A DNA stretch of 64,000 nt from Antedon mediterranea. Taxonomy: Eukaryota; Animalia; Echinodermata. A model generated the notes under the pieces. The model was not told the DNA's origin, ran no database searches, and saw nothing but the letters and a program-made list of their open reading frames with translations. The stretch spans positions 3,968,001-4,032,000 of the forward strand of contig NC_092680.1 in assembly GCF_964355755.1 (NCBI RefSeq), given 5' to 3'. This document shows positions 49,531 to 62,675 of this stretch, piece after piece. Both the position numbers and the translations under genes were made by a program. Every line of letters starts with the position of its first letter. Positions within the stretch are counted from its first letter, which is position 1.

Positions 49531-50709
49531 TCAAACATCACCATTTTTATATGCCAATAATAAAGCTTCTATAGAATATATTAGACCTATAGACCCACAA
49601 GCTGTGCCGGTCAATATAATACAAAAATGTAATATTTTGTAATACCAAGTTGTAACGTGCCATTTTATTTTCAAATGGAACCAACATGGCCAGACGAAGG
49701 AGAGCATGGTGCCGGTAAAACTTCCTATAAGACCCATTAAAACACCGAAATGTGGAATGTATATTGCTAAAACAAGAGTAAAAACGATCGGCAAGCTGCG
49801 TAGAAACAAGGCCCATACATGTAAGTAACCATCCGATGCAAAGCATGATGGGAAAACCGTTGTTGGTTTCCCAAGAAAGAACGCCCTCTCTAATAGCTCA
49901 ATGGCTGCATAGTATGGAAGAGGAAAAGATAACAGAGCTTTTATAACAAGAAATATATTAACAAAACCTTTGAATCCTTCCGATGTTAAATTATCTGTGA
50001 TGACATCACTCGTATCACGACCCCAAACTAGGTAACAAAGGTAGGCAAATAACATCTTGAAGAACCCAGCCGCTCCATGAGTCCAGTACATCATTGTTTT
50101 GAAATCGTCACGATTTGACATACTTCCTTCTAGCGTTGGCAAGAAAATATGTGAAGTGTAGCTGAATATAACTATCCCAAGAGATACTGGAAAATCATGG
50201 ATGTTTATACGGTAATCCACCTCCTTCCATTGCCAATTATTTGCCTTCGTTAAACAGTAACCAAGTATCACAACATTAATGATAATGTGCGCAACCGTGC
50301 ACCCAAAACTAAGTCGGGAAACTGCTTTTAAATTAATCAAAAACGCACACGGTAAAACAAAAAAGCAGCATATTATTGTCCAACTTTTAAGCGGGAAAGA
50401 AGTTTGAAACGTGCTGTCCATAAGATCACCACAAAGCACTAAGTACAATATACACGTCATTATAAGCTCTATGAATTGTGCGGTATAAACTATCCGTGCG
50501 GCGAACCTAGCGCCCCATACTTCTCTAGCAATATCAACATAGGTTTCACGAACTCTGATTTTCTCCCCTGTGAACGGGTCTACATCATAGAGGCAGTCGA
50601 CAAGTAAAAGACCAGTGTAACACGTGACGGCTGCGGCAAAGAGAAGAAAAAATAAACTCCAGTATCCACCATGAAGAACGGCATATGGAAGCGCTACCAA
50701 AAACATGCC
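49531..50709 (-). CDS. SLC32A1: VGAT exon 2 (transmembrane core)
   Basis: TTTCAG|GGC ATG; multi-transmembrane ORF ending YKNGDV*. Confidence 0.96.
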   Translation of the reverse strand, partial: GMFLVALPYAVLHGGYWSLFFLLFAAAVTCYTGLLLVDCLYDVDPFTGEKIRVRETYVDIAREVWGARFAARIVYTAQFIELIMTCILYLVLCGDLMDSTFQTSFPLKSWTIICCFFVLPCAFLINLKAVSRLSFGCTVAHIIINVVILGYCLTKANNWQWKEVDYRINIHDFPVSLGIVIFSYTSHIFLPTLEGSMSNRDDFKTMMYWTHGAAGFFKMLFAYLCYLVWGRDTSDVITDNLTSEGFKGFVNIFLVIKALLSFPLPYYAAIELLERAFFLGKPTTVFPSCFASDGYLHVWALFLRSLPIVFTLVLAIYIPHFGVLMGLIGSFTGTMLSFVWPCWFHLKIKWHVTTWYYKILHFCIILTGTACGSIGLIYSIEALLLAYKNGDV

Positions 50710-53700
50710 CTGAAATAAGAAAGAAAGAAATAATGTTTATTCGTTTACGTAAATTTAACAACAAAACTGCGTTTATTTATCATAGAAACATCGTTTTCAA
50801 TTTATTATTTGAATAAAATACAATAGGCTTACATTGACAATTATGTTGCTCTCAGAAAAGCAGTCAGAAGTAGCAAAGTATAAACATCTCGACAAAACAT
50901 AAACAAAATCACATTCAGTACCGTTTTTGATTGCGATCATGTGGGAAATTACCTCACGATGTCACTTAGATTGTAGTTTTTTTTTAAAATTATTTATCAC
51001 ATGTAGAGAACGAATGTTTTGGATAAAAGAATTACAATACATTTGTCATTATTCAAACATTTATCATTGTTTTAAGTAGTTACTCATTATTCTAGGAAGT
51101 ACTGTGTTCCTACTTCGACCGCACAATCTACATTCATTGGAATAGAAGTAAGTTGATATATTAAGATCGATACCATTTTGATTATATCACCTGTTTTGGT
51201 AGCGACACTGTATCAACCGAATAAGAAGCACGACCGCCCCTGTGCATTCAGAGAGACACGTAACAATTATCGAACGCTAGGCCTAGCCGTGTAATTTGAT
51301 TTCCCTTTGCTTGCTTGACCACTTTAACGGTGTGAAGGTAACGAAGGTAATAATAGACAACATGTAAGAGAATTTACTTGGCAAATGATGTTAATTGTCA
51401 TCAGTGGATAAAATATCGATCTATTATGACGAATCCCGCAATAATCTGGAAATCTACGCCCATACAAACAAAGAAAGGTTACGAAAACGTTACACTTTTA
51501 GCTTCCGCGAGTTAGGACCTGACTTTGAATAAATGCGTCTGCAAGATAAATGGTTGCCAGATTCAAAACATAACATTTATCAACGAAATGCAACGGCGCC
51601 ATTCAAATGAGAGAAGCATCGAAACAATAAAAGATAAATATGATAAAAACACAATTGTAAGTAAGAAAACAGATTTAGAAAAACCCACACAAGCAATGCA
51701 TTTTCTTACTCAACATTTTCCCTGGTCCACCACCTCCGAGTCCACCACCTCCGAGTCCACCACCTCCGAGTCCACCTCCTCCGAGTCATAACCACAGTTT
51801 TTATGCTCTTTCTACACTATCAACTTTATGTAACAACAACTGTTATTGGCCCATAATGGACACGATGATGTCATATTAATACCGTATTTAAGCAGATCAC
51901 ACTTTCTTTTTCAAACTAGTTTGATAGTGTAGACAAAGAAGAATCCAGCAATTTAGCGCTCATTCACGATATTCGGTGTGGACAAATGAACACAGATAAC
52001 TCAACTTATATGTACATTACTTTGTTTTGCTGCAAATGCAACATTCAAAGATGTCATGTTGTCATCATAGGCGGGAGTTATTGGAAAATTTGGATCAAAT
52101 GTCTGCTTATAATATCTGAAATGCGCAGATGATATTGATTATAATATACTGCTGATTTCCATTTCGTTATTTTATAACAAATTTCCATCAAAATGTCAAC
52201 CTAGATATTTTTTTTCGAAATAACATTATCTAATTTTATTTTTGATAGAAAAATCATCAAGTCTATTCTGTCACCAATACATAATTTATAACACGTACAG
52301 TCGATTGAAAGTTTGATTGAATATCTCTCAAGGGATGTTGAAGAACGCTTGCGCATTGAATTGTACGCGGTGATAGAGACTTACGCACTTTATGACCAAT
52401 ACAAGATTTTTAAAAACAAACGAAAAGCCTGATTATAAGTACGCATGCGCGTTTATATGCATTTAATTCAATTGTGAATATTGACCTTGAAACACGACCT
52501 TGTAAAAATAAAATTATTTACAATTTGATTTTAATTAAAATGAATAAATTTTAACATATAACATTGTTGCTGTTGCGGAAAGTACATAATAAACGAGGAT
52601 GTATTTTCTGTCTTTCTTCTTAAATTGGACTTAATTAAAAACTGAGTTTTTAATTAAACTGGAATCATTGATTACGTAAGCCGAAAGTCTAATTTGACAA
52701 TTTCAGTGATTATAAATATATCATGTAAACAGTTATTTTCAAATTATTAATTTAAACAATTACTATTTGTTATGCTCATCAACTAAGGTATTTGTCAATA
52801 TTTGTTAAAAATAAAATAAAAGTAAGTAATACACGAATTCAAAAAATGTGTCATAAAATAAAGGAATTTAGTTAGTTTTAGACATTGGTGAATATAGGAC
52901 GTTATATAGCTGTTCATTTCATACTCCTTGATAAAAAAAAGGTCAACTTGACTATTTCTCATCGAATTCGACACATTTTGTGTACAGTGTAATCTCCAAA
53001 GGAAAAATAATTATTAGTGTTGCTTGTTTCCAAAATGGAAAACCTACTCACCCAAATCATTTATTTTTTTTCACATTCGCAGATATTTCAATGTTTAATT
53101 GTCCACAGAGAATAGCGATCTACATAAGATGGAGATGCAGAATTATGTTTATTTTACTGATCAGCCCGGTCACGTGAGAAGATGGAAATAGATGTATTGA
53201 TTGTTTAAAGGAGACACAATCATTCGGAAGAAACTCACGAATAGATCAAGTGTCCCGATTGGCTCCAGTTCGCAGCTGGACCAATACACTTGCATAAAAT
53301 TGTAATCGGGTTTCCATGCAAAAGCAATTAATTTGGAGTGAAATTCAAAGTAATAAGAAATCAAATATGATTTCAATTATGATCATATCATAAACTCAGC
53401 TGTTATGAACTAACGTTTATTTATTTTTTAATTGTATTATCGATTGGTGAACGAAAACATAGATGATCATAACCACGATTTCTATAAATAGTTAAAAAAA
53501 CTCAAAACGTATAGATATTATTTAGACATTTCGGATTTTACTACATACTAATAACGCCATAATATCATGGTATCAATTATGGTAACCATATTTCAGGCCT
53601 TGGCGTAATGGAATATGGTATAATATAGTCAAATAGCCGATATTTGTACTAATTGTTTCGTGTTCATTTTTCATAATAGTTTTAGGGGCTTAGGGGATTG

Positions 53701-56700
53701 TGCGGGGGGTGCGTACGCATTCTCCAAACAAGACCTAGACCTAGCAGCTGCTCTATTTTAAAGATCTCAGAGCTCAGCCACAACCATGGTAGAGTACGAG
53801 CCAGCGAGCCATGACATTTATGCATTTCATTCGAACCACGATGACGGTTATTCCACACAAACTAAATTATGAAAAACGAACAGCGTGATACACACACGTT
53901 TTTCTGCGATTTGCTAATTTGTTTTTTTTTTCTTCAAATTCTTTCAAGAAAATATATTAGGCCTAAGAAGTTAAAATTTGTAAACATTTTAATAGGCTGA
54001 AATGAACCTAAAACTTGTATTAACCCAATCATGTAAAGTGCTATTTCAAGTGACCCAACAGCTCTATTTTATTCAACTTCAGCTCTGTATTTACATTTAC
54101 ACCCTCTCAGACAGCAACCAGCTTACGCCGAGTTTGACTTTAGTTTATTAACAATTATACACCTAGACTCGTATCTAGATGACTTTCAATAGTCAGTAAC
54201 AATCTACCTAATGACAGCCGCATAGTGTTGTACAAGTATATTACTGATTTGGTAGATGTCTTCTGGTTCAATGTTTTATTTAAAGTTATAATCTCGAAAC
54301 TGAGTAAGAATGAATTTGGAAAAACATCAGTAAGTTGATATTTTTCACATACACAGTAATTGGAAATACGTGTCATGTTTAATAGGCAACTGGAAATTAT
54401 GGTTGAATTTAATAAATGTCATGATTCATAATCGAGTGATAATTAATAATGATTTAACTTGATTGCCGCTGTTATCATTATGGTAAAGAAACAATCTCTT
54501 GTCTTTTTCTTCAACACTATACAGGTGTGAACGTAATTGATCGTTATCTATGCTAGCTCTATTAATTGATTATTCAAATTGCCAAGCATGTTAAGTTACA
54601 GGTTAGTGCTTTAAAAAACGTCATTGAGACCAACTATCAGCATAGTTTAACCTCAGGCCTAGAATATTTTAGAATTATTAGAGCCTTTCACCGTTGCTGA
54701 GGTGAGGAGTACTCTCATGGCTATCGACACAAAATACGAGAAATATAAAGAACTCACACATTAAATAAAATGAAAGCAGTGTGTGGAAATCTTAATAAAT
54801 GTGTGCACAACACTGAGGTAGGAAACATCAAATTATATTTTTGGGATCCGGATAAATCCAGTACAGTCCTTAGTTTCATGAAACTAAGTAAGCTTCAAAC
54901 GAGGAAGTTCCACAAAACAACCAAACATCTAAACCTAAAATATTTCGCTGTGAAATTGTGAAAGAATTATGCGTATACCTCTCAGTGAAGTAAATATACA
55001 TGTTTATATTACAGTCTTTAAAGTTTAAATAAATGTATTCAAATTGTTATACTGTGATATGAAAAGATTTTTTATATAAATCCAGCATTATTATTTGAAA
55101 CAAAATCAAGTATGCGCACCTGTCGACTGCCAGAGCTAACCATTGAACCTAAATCCCAGCTTTTTAAAACAACAGCAACGACTAAAGATGGCAGGGGAAA
55201 CTATTAGGCCCATCATGAGGAAACGATGACAGAATCCATGCCTGAACAAGCATTAGTTCACTATAGTTTGTTGCCATTTCGAGTGTGTCATTCTCCGTAC
55301 CGTATATCACTGTTTATAGGCCTACTAACTATATAACGTTTTATTTTATTACGTACATGTTGATATAATATATTGAGAAGTTTTTAATTTAAAATTTTGT
55401 AATACGCGTATTTGCTTGAAAAAAAAAATGTTTAAAATCATACACAAAGGTTACGCGGCTCGCAGCTACGTGCATAAGGACATGATGTGTGTTTATAGAG
55501 TGTAATAATAATTTAAGGCTAATAGTTTTCCAACTCTGTATTCATACACCGTTGCAAATGTGTGAAAACAATTACGCTCCTTGACAATATCATTTGACAA
55601 AACTGTCCATACGGGAATTCACCAATTTATTTGAATGAGCAAATTATTAGTGTAGATATTCTGATAAAATGAAAAACTATTCAAATACAAACGCTAGACT
55701 AATGAGAATAATAATTTTATAATTGTTTTCTACTATTAAATGAGATATAGTTAATTTATATTTATCATGTAAATTAAGTTCAGACTTTATTGTATGGAGA
55801 TGATGAAATCGGAAATGGAAATTTCATCAAGTATTTTATGTCAAATTCGTATTGAGGTGGTTAGAAACCAATAAGTTAAACTTAGTTTAAGTTAACTTTT
55901 GTTCATCTTCAGGAATAAAACATGACATTGTGTTTGCATATTTATAGATATAGATGGAAAATTGATTGACCAATCAAGATTAATAAGATAAACAAAATAT
56001 GAACCAACTTGTAAAATGATATAAAGAAATGTTTACTTTGCATACTTCATGTAAAAATAGAATTAAAATGAAAACTGTTTTATAATAGTGCAGAAACCAG
56101 ATATAGCACAAAAGATGTTGATTGTCTACTAGTTTTTGTTAGTAGCAACCAAGTTAAAGCACAACATACTTTGATAATAAATCTCTAGGCCTACATTAGA
56201 ATAAAATAATAGAGGCTAGACGGTTTGTGTTTTATCGCGTGTGTACCTTTAATTTCACTCAACTCTGCAATAATCGCTTGATATTTTAGTACATCCAATC
56301 AAAACAAAGTTGACGAATACATGAGTAAAATAAATGATGTAATGCTCTGTAGCCCAGGCTTAATGAGAACAATTTCATTGAAATAATAGTTATTTCATAA
56401 TATTAAGTAAAATTTGTGTCATAACGATATGGGTTTGCTAGGCCTTGCGTAGACAATCAGCTGTTCTAAATATCTTGAAGATCGTGAAAAAAGATTGTAT
56501 AGAAATTTAACGCATCTATATAATATTATATTGGAAATTATTTTTTTTAGAATGGAATTAAGATTTGTATAGTAGTGTAAGTGTACCTTAACATTAAACA
56601 TTTATTAAAACTGTTTTACGATGCAAATAATAGGAAATATTGTATGGGAGATCGAGTGTGGAGTGAGTAGAGCCTTGAAATCATCGAACGAAGACGTTGA

Positions 56701-59700
56701 AATTGGAAAAGAAGGACAAAGAAATGAAATTAAAGTGAATGATGCCAAACAAATTAAAGCTTTGTCTACACTATCAAACTGGTTTGACAAAAAAAGTGTG
56801 ATGTGCCTAAATATGGTAGTGGTATCATCATGTCCATATATGGGCACATCACATTGTTGCGTCACATAAAGTTTGATAGTGTAGACAGAGCCGAAGAACA
56901 TACAGTATTTACATAATGGACAACGAGTGTTGTAACACAGTGGTCTGGATTTTGAAGCTTTAAAGATAGATTCCTCAATTGAGTAAATGTATAATTGTTC
57001 ATCCGAAGTCACAAGTTCGACGCGCGCGTACAAAAATGTGTATCTACATTTAGACGCGAATGTTTCTGTCCCATGGGATCACTGATTACATCATTTCATC
57101 TATAGAATAATTGGTTAAGCTTACGATCAAAATGTAATTCCTCGATGTCTTATAAAACTAACAACATGCTCAGAAATCCACTATAATTTATAATGAATTT
57201 ATGCCATTATTGTTAGACACGGTAAAATAATTTTCAATTATGCTATGTTTATTTAATCCACTGTGTAAATTAATTACTAATTCAAAAGTAGCTATATTAT
57301 ATTTTTTGTATTTCTCGAAATAGACGAATGGCATTTGTTGAATGGCTTCGACATAAATAAAATACGAATTTGTTTCAAAGAGCAAAGCATGCTTTCACAG
57401 TTGTATAACTAATGGTGTACGGTATACCGTAACTATCATCAAACTAAATTGTATGAAATAAACTTTAATTGTAATGCTTTTGGCCACCCGATACACGAGC
57501 GGTATCATGTCAAGCCCCAATAAACAGCATACAGTATCGCGTCTTCTGCCAGCTACCTTCATCCCATATGGGATACTGTATTATCTGGATGATCACATTA
57601 ATTACATGTAATGAGCCATTACATTTGACTTAACATAGAAATCTAGTCGCCGTCGTCGGAACGTCATATTTTGTTTATTAGTTGCAAACATTAACAGTTT
57701 GTAATAGATGTAGGAAGCATGGTTGGTATAAAATCAGTACGTATATGATAGACCTATCACTAGGCATAATACACTGTCATCAACTAAGTACCCGGACACT
57801 GTGACATAAGCCATCAATTCGGCGCAGGTTCAAGTCTCCTCACGTCTATAGTTCTGGCTGTGGAACACGTTCCCAGATAACGGAGGTCCAGTGTATACAC
57901 ATCTTTTTAAAGGACCCATGCCATCTTTCGAGATAATTTAAAATTCCCGTACAGTCTCGAGAACTTGCTGTTTATATCCGCATTCACCTGCACCCAGTCT
58001 CAGTGTAGCATATTCAGTCTCACTATAGGATATTCAGTCTCAGTATAGCAAATTCAGTCTCAGTATAGCATATTCAGTCTCATAGCATATTCAGTCTCAG
58101 TATAGAATATTCAGTCTCAGTATAGCACATTCAATCTCAGTATATAATATTAAGTCTCAGTATAGCATATTCAGTCTCAGTATAGCATATTCAGTCTCAG
58201 TATATAATATTCAGTCTCAGTACAGCATATTCAGTCTCAGTATAGCATATTAAGTCTCAGTATATAATATTCAGTCTCAATATAGCATATTCAGTCTCAA
58301 TATAGCATAATTCAGTTTTAGAATTGCATAATTATTCAGTCTCAGTATAGCATATTCAGTCTCAGTATATAATATTCAGTCTCAGAATAGCATATTTTGT
58401 CTCAGTATAGAATATTCAGTCTCATAGAACATTCAGTCTGAGTATAGCCTATTCAGTCTGAGTATAGCATATTCAGTCTGAGTATAGCATATTCAGTCTC
58501 AGTATATAATATTCAGTCTCAGTATAGCATATTCAGTCTCAGTATAGAATATTCAGTCTCATAGAACATTCAGTCTGAGTATAGCATATTCAGTCTGAGT
58601 ATAGCATATTCAGTCTGAGTATAGCATATTTAGTCTCAGTATAGCATATTCAGTCTCAGTATAGCATATTCAGTCTCAGTATAGCATATTCAGTCTCAGT
58701 ATAGCATATTCAGTCTCAGTATAGCATATTTAGCCTCAGTATAGCATATTCAGTCTCAGTATAGCATATTCAGTCTCAGTATAGCATATTTAGCCTCAGT
58801 ATAGCATATTCAGTCTCAGTATAGCATATTCAGTCTCAGTATAGCATATTCAGTCTCAGTATAGCATATTCAGTCTCAGTATAGCATATTTAATCTTAGT
58901 ATATTTGTTTTAATTGCAAGAACAAACATATACTCTTAAACTTAGTATTAATTATATTTACACATTAATCAATGCGTTGTAGGGGGCGTTATACTTTCAG
59001 TTCATTAATCCGCGCATAGCTATAATCACACTGCGAATGCACTATATGAAATTCAATAATAATAACAATAAATAGATGAGTTTTCTCCATTTTATCTTTA
59101 TGTAAAAATTACAGAAGATAGATAAACTAGTGTATGTATGATATTGGTATACAATTACAATAAAATATAATCTAATAAAATTTTATGAAGTAATTATCTG
59201 TTTTTAAAGATCATTTTTCTGAAGTTATCGAATTGTCGATTTTTAAATGTTGCAACTCGATCCAATCAAACATCAATTAATTCTAACTGTCGTTATTTTA
59301 TGTTTTATAAGAGATTATAAAAGCTTTGTTTATGTATCAGTTCAGTAATTATAGTTCACGATTATATGTCTTTAGTTTAATATATATTATATTCGATAAT
59401 AATGACATTATTTTTTTATATTAAATGGCAATGGTGTATGATATATTTGACGTATAAGTTAATCACGTTATTTTGCTGAATATGTGTATAGGCCTACTAT
59501 TTAGCGTTGGTACGTTATTATATAAATTTTACTTTAATTTATGATTATTTACATTCAAACAAAAACAATGCATGTCTATACAAAATATTGTTAGGTGTAT
59601 TACGTTAAGTTATGAATACTGTAGGTCTAACTCTTCCCATGATTAAAGATGTCCCCCCCCCCCAAAAAAAAACCCCATGAAAAATGATTAATAAAATCAG

Positions 59701-61818
59701 ACTTCGAATAGGCTATTTTGTAGTTTTGACAAAGTTAATCACTTCCGTAGAAAAAAACCCCGAACAAATCATATTTTCACTTAAATGACAAAATAAACGG
59801 TTAAATTCAACCAAAACCCATTGGCTGGGTAATTTCTATATTTAATGTTTTAAACTATTCACAAATTGGTTTCATATTTTAAATAAAGAAATTGTATATG
59901 TACCTGCTCTCTAAAGCTCTGTCTACACTATCAAACTAATTTGACAAAAAAAGTGTGATGTGCCCAAATATGGTAGTGATATGCCCAAATATGGTAGTGA
60001 TATGATATCATCATGTCCATATGGGCACATTTTTTTGTCACATATTATAGTTTGCTAGTAGACGGAGCTTTATGACTCGTAAACTATTCTGAATGGGGAA
60101 GGTGGTAAATTCACGCAAGGGTAGGCCGGCTTGCTATGGGTGTTCATGTACGTCATGTTAGACGTTTTCTAGGCCTACAGTAATATTAATGAAATCGATA
60201 AAAACGATTTTGTTTTATTGTCGCGTGAAATTCAATTTTAATTCTGTCTGCTTTCTCTCTTTTAGTAAAAACAATATGTTACGGGACATTGCGTTTTAGC
60301 TTAAAAGGTGGAGTTAAAGTTAACATACGTTGGACATAAAATGATGCATTCCCAGTAAGCCCATTCTGAAATATTTCTGGTATGAAAAAGGAGTTTACAA
60401 GCTCAAGTAGTGTACGTATAAAACGCCACATGTGCCAAAATAGTTATCTTTCTACTAAAACTCCGTCTATAACCTAGACTAGAGATTAGTGTCAATAAGA
60501 TATGGGTAGCTGTAAAAAAAAACCAATACTTTCCGTTAACCCATAGCAGGTCAAAGAAATAAAAACCTTACAAAAATCGTTAGGACTTCATCCAGCACAA
60601 TCACATACATGACTATGGGATCAAATATTGGTCTTATATCTGTGTATAAATTGTAGTAGAACTCCTTATGACACCCCTAAATATGGATTATACTTTATTT
60701 TAGGTTGTTATATATATAAATATCTTTATTTCTCAAACGGTTCAAACAGAATTAAATTTTAAGGAAGCGGACGCTTAACTTAAGCTTTTACACTGATATT
60801 GATTTGCAAATATTCATGAGATACGGCACGAAATCTTTGTTGAGTGGGTTGCCAAAAGTAAATAAAGATTGATTTATAAAACTACATTGGTATGAATGGC
60901 ATAATAAAAGAAGAAGGCATGTTACATTTTGTTCTTATTTCGTGTTATTTGTTTCTGATAAAAAATGTCAAAAATATCAATGGCATATTATTCAGTGAAT
61001 GTATAGAGGCAACATAACATTTACGTGCAATATAGAAAAGATAAAGAATCTGTACAGGTATTTTAAAATAAAAATTACATTAATTAAAATTAGTTTAATA
61101 ATTAATTCAAAATAGTGGTACACACCCGTAACCAGGGTAAACTTTCCCGAGAAACGAACAAGGAAAATCCATTTTTTTTAACACTACAACAAGCCTCAAT
61201 TCAGGGAACACCTCTATATTAAAGGTACATTGCGTTGATATGCGGAATAATTGTATTGTTTTCATATTTTCTATATAATAATAATATTACAAATAACTTC
61301 ACAAGCAAACAACAGCATGGCTGTGTTGCTACAGATTCAGGCGGGTACTGCAGATTAGGCGGTTGGGTCGGGACGGACTTTCTTATATTTGAAAACCGCT
61401 AAACACTAGATTAGTTCAGCACCAATGTTTAAGCCCTGTCCAATACATATACTCCATTTCAAAATTTAAAATCATGGACCAGCTACTGTACAATGACGCT
61501 ACACAAACAGCACATTGAATCTAAAAATACACATACCTGTATTGCATTTGTTATATTCCAGCCTGCATCCCACGCTGATATGTATTTACGTACAGGTGCA
61601 CCACTACTGGAAGGTGACTTCACCAAAGTAACTCCAGACTCGTAGCTTGGTAGATGGCCATTTGGTGCATCCGGCTCAGAATGCTTCATACCCGCATTGC
61701 CATTCTCTGTGTGTGCGGTCATTTCAATGTGATCAGCTTTAGCAAAGTTAATCGTTTCGTCTTGTTCATACCTTGGCATAATACGTCTGAAAAACCGTGT
61801 TCCCATTGAAAAAGTCAT
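49531..61818 (-). CDS. SLC32A1: Vesicular inhibitory amino acid (GABA/glycine) transporter VGAT/VIAAT; join 61818-61537, 50709-49531; 486 aa
   Basis: ISAWDAGWNITNAIQ|GMFLVALPYAVLHGG, IELIMTCILY, FSYTSHIFLPTLEG, KALLSFPLPYYAAIELLE and PHFGVLMGLIGS motifs typical of SLC32A1/unc-47. Single phase-0 GT-AG intron of about 10.8 kb. Confidence 0.95.
51725..51787. repeat. 15-bp tandem repeat (GTCCACCACCTCCGA) x4
   Basis: Directly visible. Confidence 0.9.
51805..51938. mobile_element. MITE family A, diverged (VGAT intron)
   Basis: GCTCTTTCTACACTATCAAC...CAAACTAGTTTGATAGTGTAGACAAAG. Confidence 0.75.
56758..56891. mobile_element. MITE family A (VGAT intron)
   Basis: AGCTTTGTCTACACTATCAAAC...GTTTGATAGTGTAGACAGAGC. 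Confidence 0.85.
57800..57935 (+). mobile_element. Degenerate Deu-domain SINE fragment
   Basis: GGTTCAAGTCT B-box-like, then GTTCTGGCTGTGGAAC and GGAGGTCCAGTGTATAC...TTTAAAGGACCCA...TTCGA, matching the reverse complement of the 8.4-8.8 kb SINE. Confidence 0.6.
57995..58902. repeat. 20-bp minisatellite (TCAGTCTCAGTATAGCATAT), about 45 copies
   Basis: Directly visible in the VGAT intron; more homogeneous toward the right end. Confidence 0.97.
59647..59835. mobile_element. MITE family D, partial
   Basis: TTAA-AGATGTCCCCC...AAAATCAGACTTCGAATAGGCTATT...AAATTCAACCAAAACCCATTG. Confidence 0.7.
59915..60069. mobile_element. MITE family A with an internal 21-bp duplication
   Basis: AGCTCTGTCTACACTATCAAAC...GTAGACGGAGCT; TGCCCAAATATGGTAGTGATA occurs twice. 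Confidence 0.85.
61537..61818 (-). CDS. SLC32A1: VGAT exon 1 (cytosolic N-terminus)
   Basis: MTFSMGTRFF...ISAWDAGWNITNAIQ, then CAG|GTATGT donor. Confidence 0.92.
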
Positions 61819-62675
61819 TTTGTTTTTCTCAATCTCTCTTTCTTCCTATTTGCATCAAAATCAGTTCTATAACTAAACTTAATCCAGGTAGATGGGTATG
61901 TATCCCCAATAGAACTGGAATATCTCAGAGCAATAATGATGTTCACTAGATAAGCGTCAATACCATGCCTTGGGCATTTGAAGACCAATAGTGATATAAC
62001 TTCAAATCTTCTAACTTAAAATCCTCTGAGTCAGCTTAAGACTCCAGAAAATGAATACTTGCACTCCTGTCAAAAATCAATGCACTGCGATGTTACGGTT
62101 CCTACTGGACAAATTTAACTGTCATTGAATGAACGAGAATCGATAGATGATGAATTTTAGTTTAAGTTTATGAAATTCATTCGTGAAAGCTCATGAACTA
62201 CAATTAGACATGCGCAGAACTATTGACTTTCATTGGCTGTGATGTGATGATATAATAATACTGATAGATATTAGCACAGAACGATGGAATGAACTAAAAA
62301 TATAGCATTTGTTTGTAACTATTATTAATTTAAATGGTATTGACTAAAATGGACTAATGCTGACGTAGCAATTATGTACCACCTTCAAACTGAAGTCAAA
62401 TCTAAATATTTGAATTAAATGAAGACATTTTTTTTTCTTGATACATAAAAAATTGTGTATTTAATACGTTCAGTAGGCCTTCCTTACCTTGTGAATATCA
62501 AAAGAGAGAAATCACGTCAAAAAATATCACTATTTAAATACGTTTAAACATAGTAATATTTCCTACTATTACTAAAGTATTGATTATCATATTATTTAAG
62601 AGAAATGATTTTGGCTTGGTTAATAAAAAAAATATAGTCTGAAAATACTAACCTTTAGGACTGAATCCTTAATGA

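Noticed and set aside
56605-57033. 142-aa minus-strand ORF in the VGAT intron
   Set aside because: Runs through a family A MITE and has no recognisable domain.
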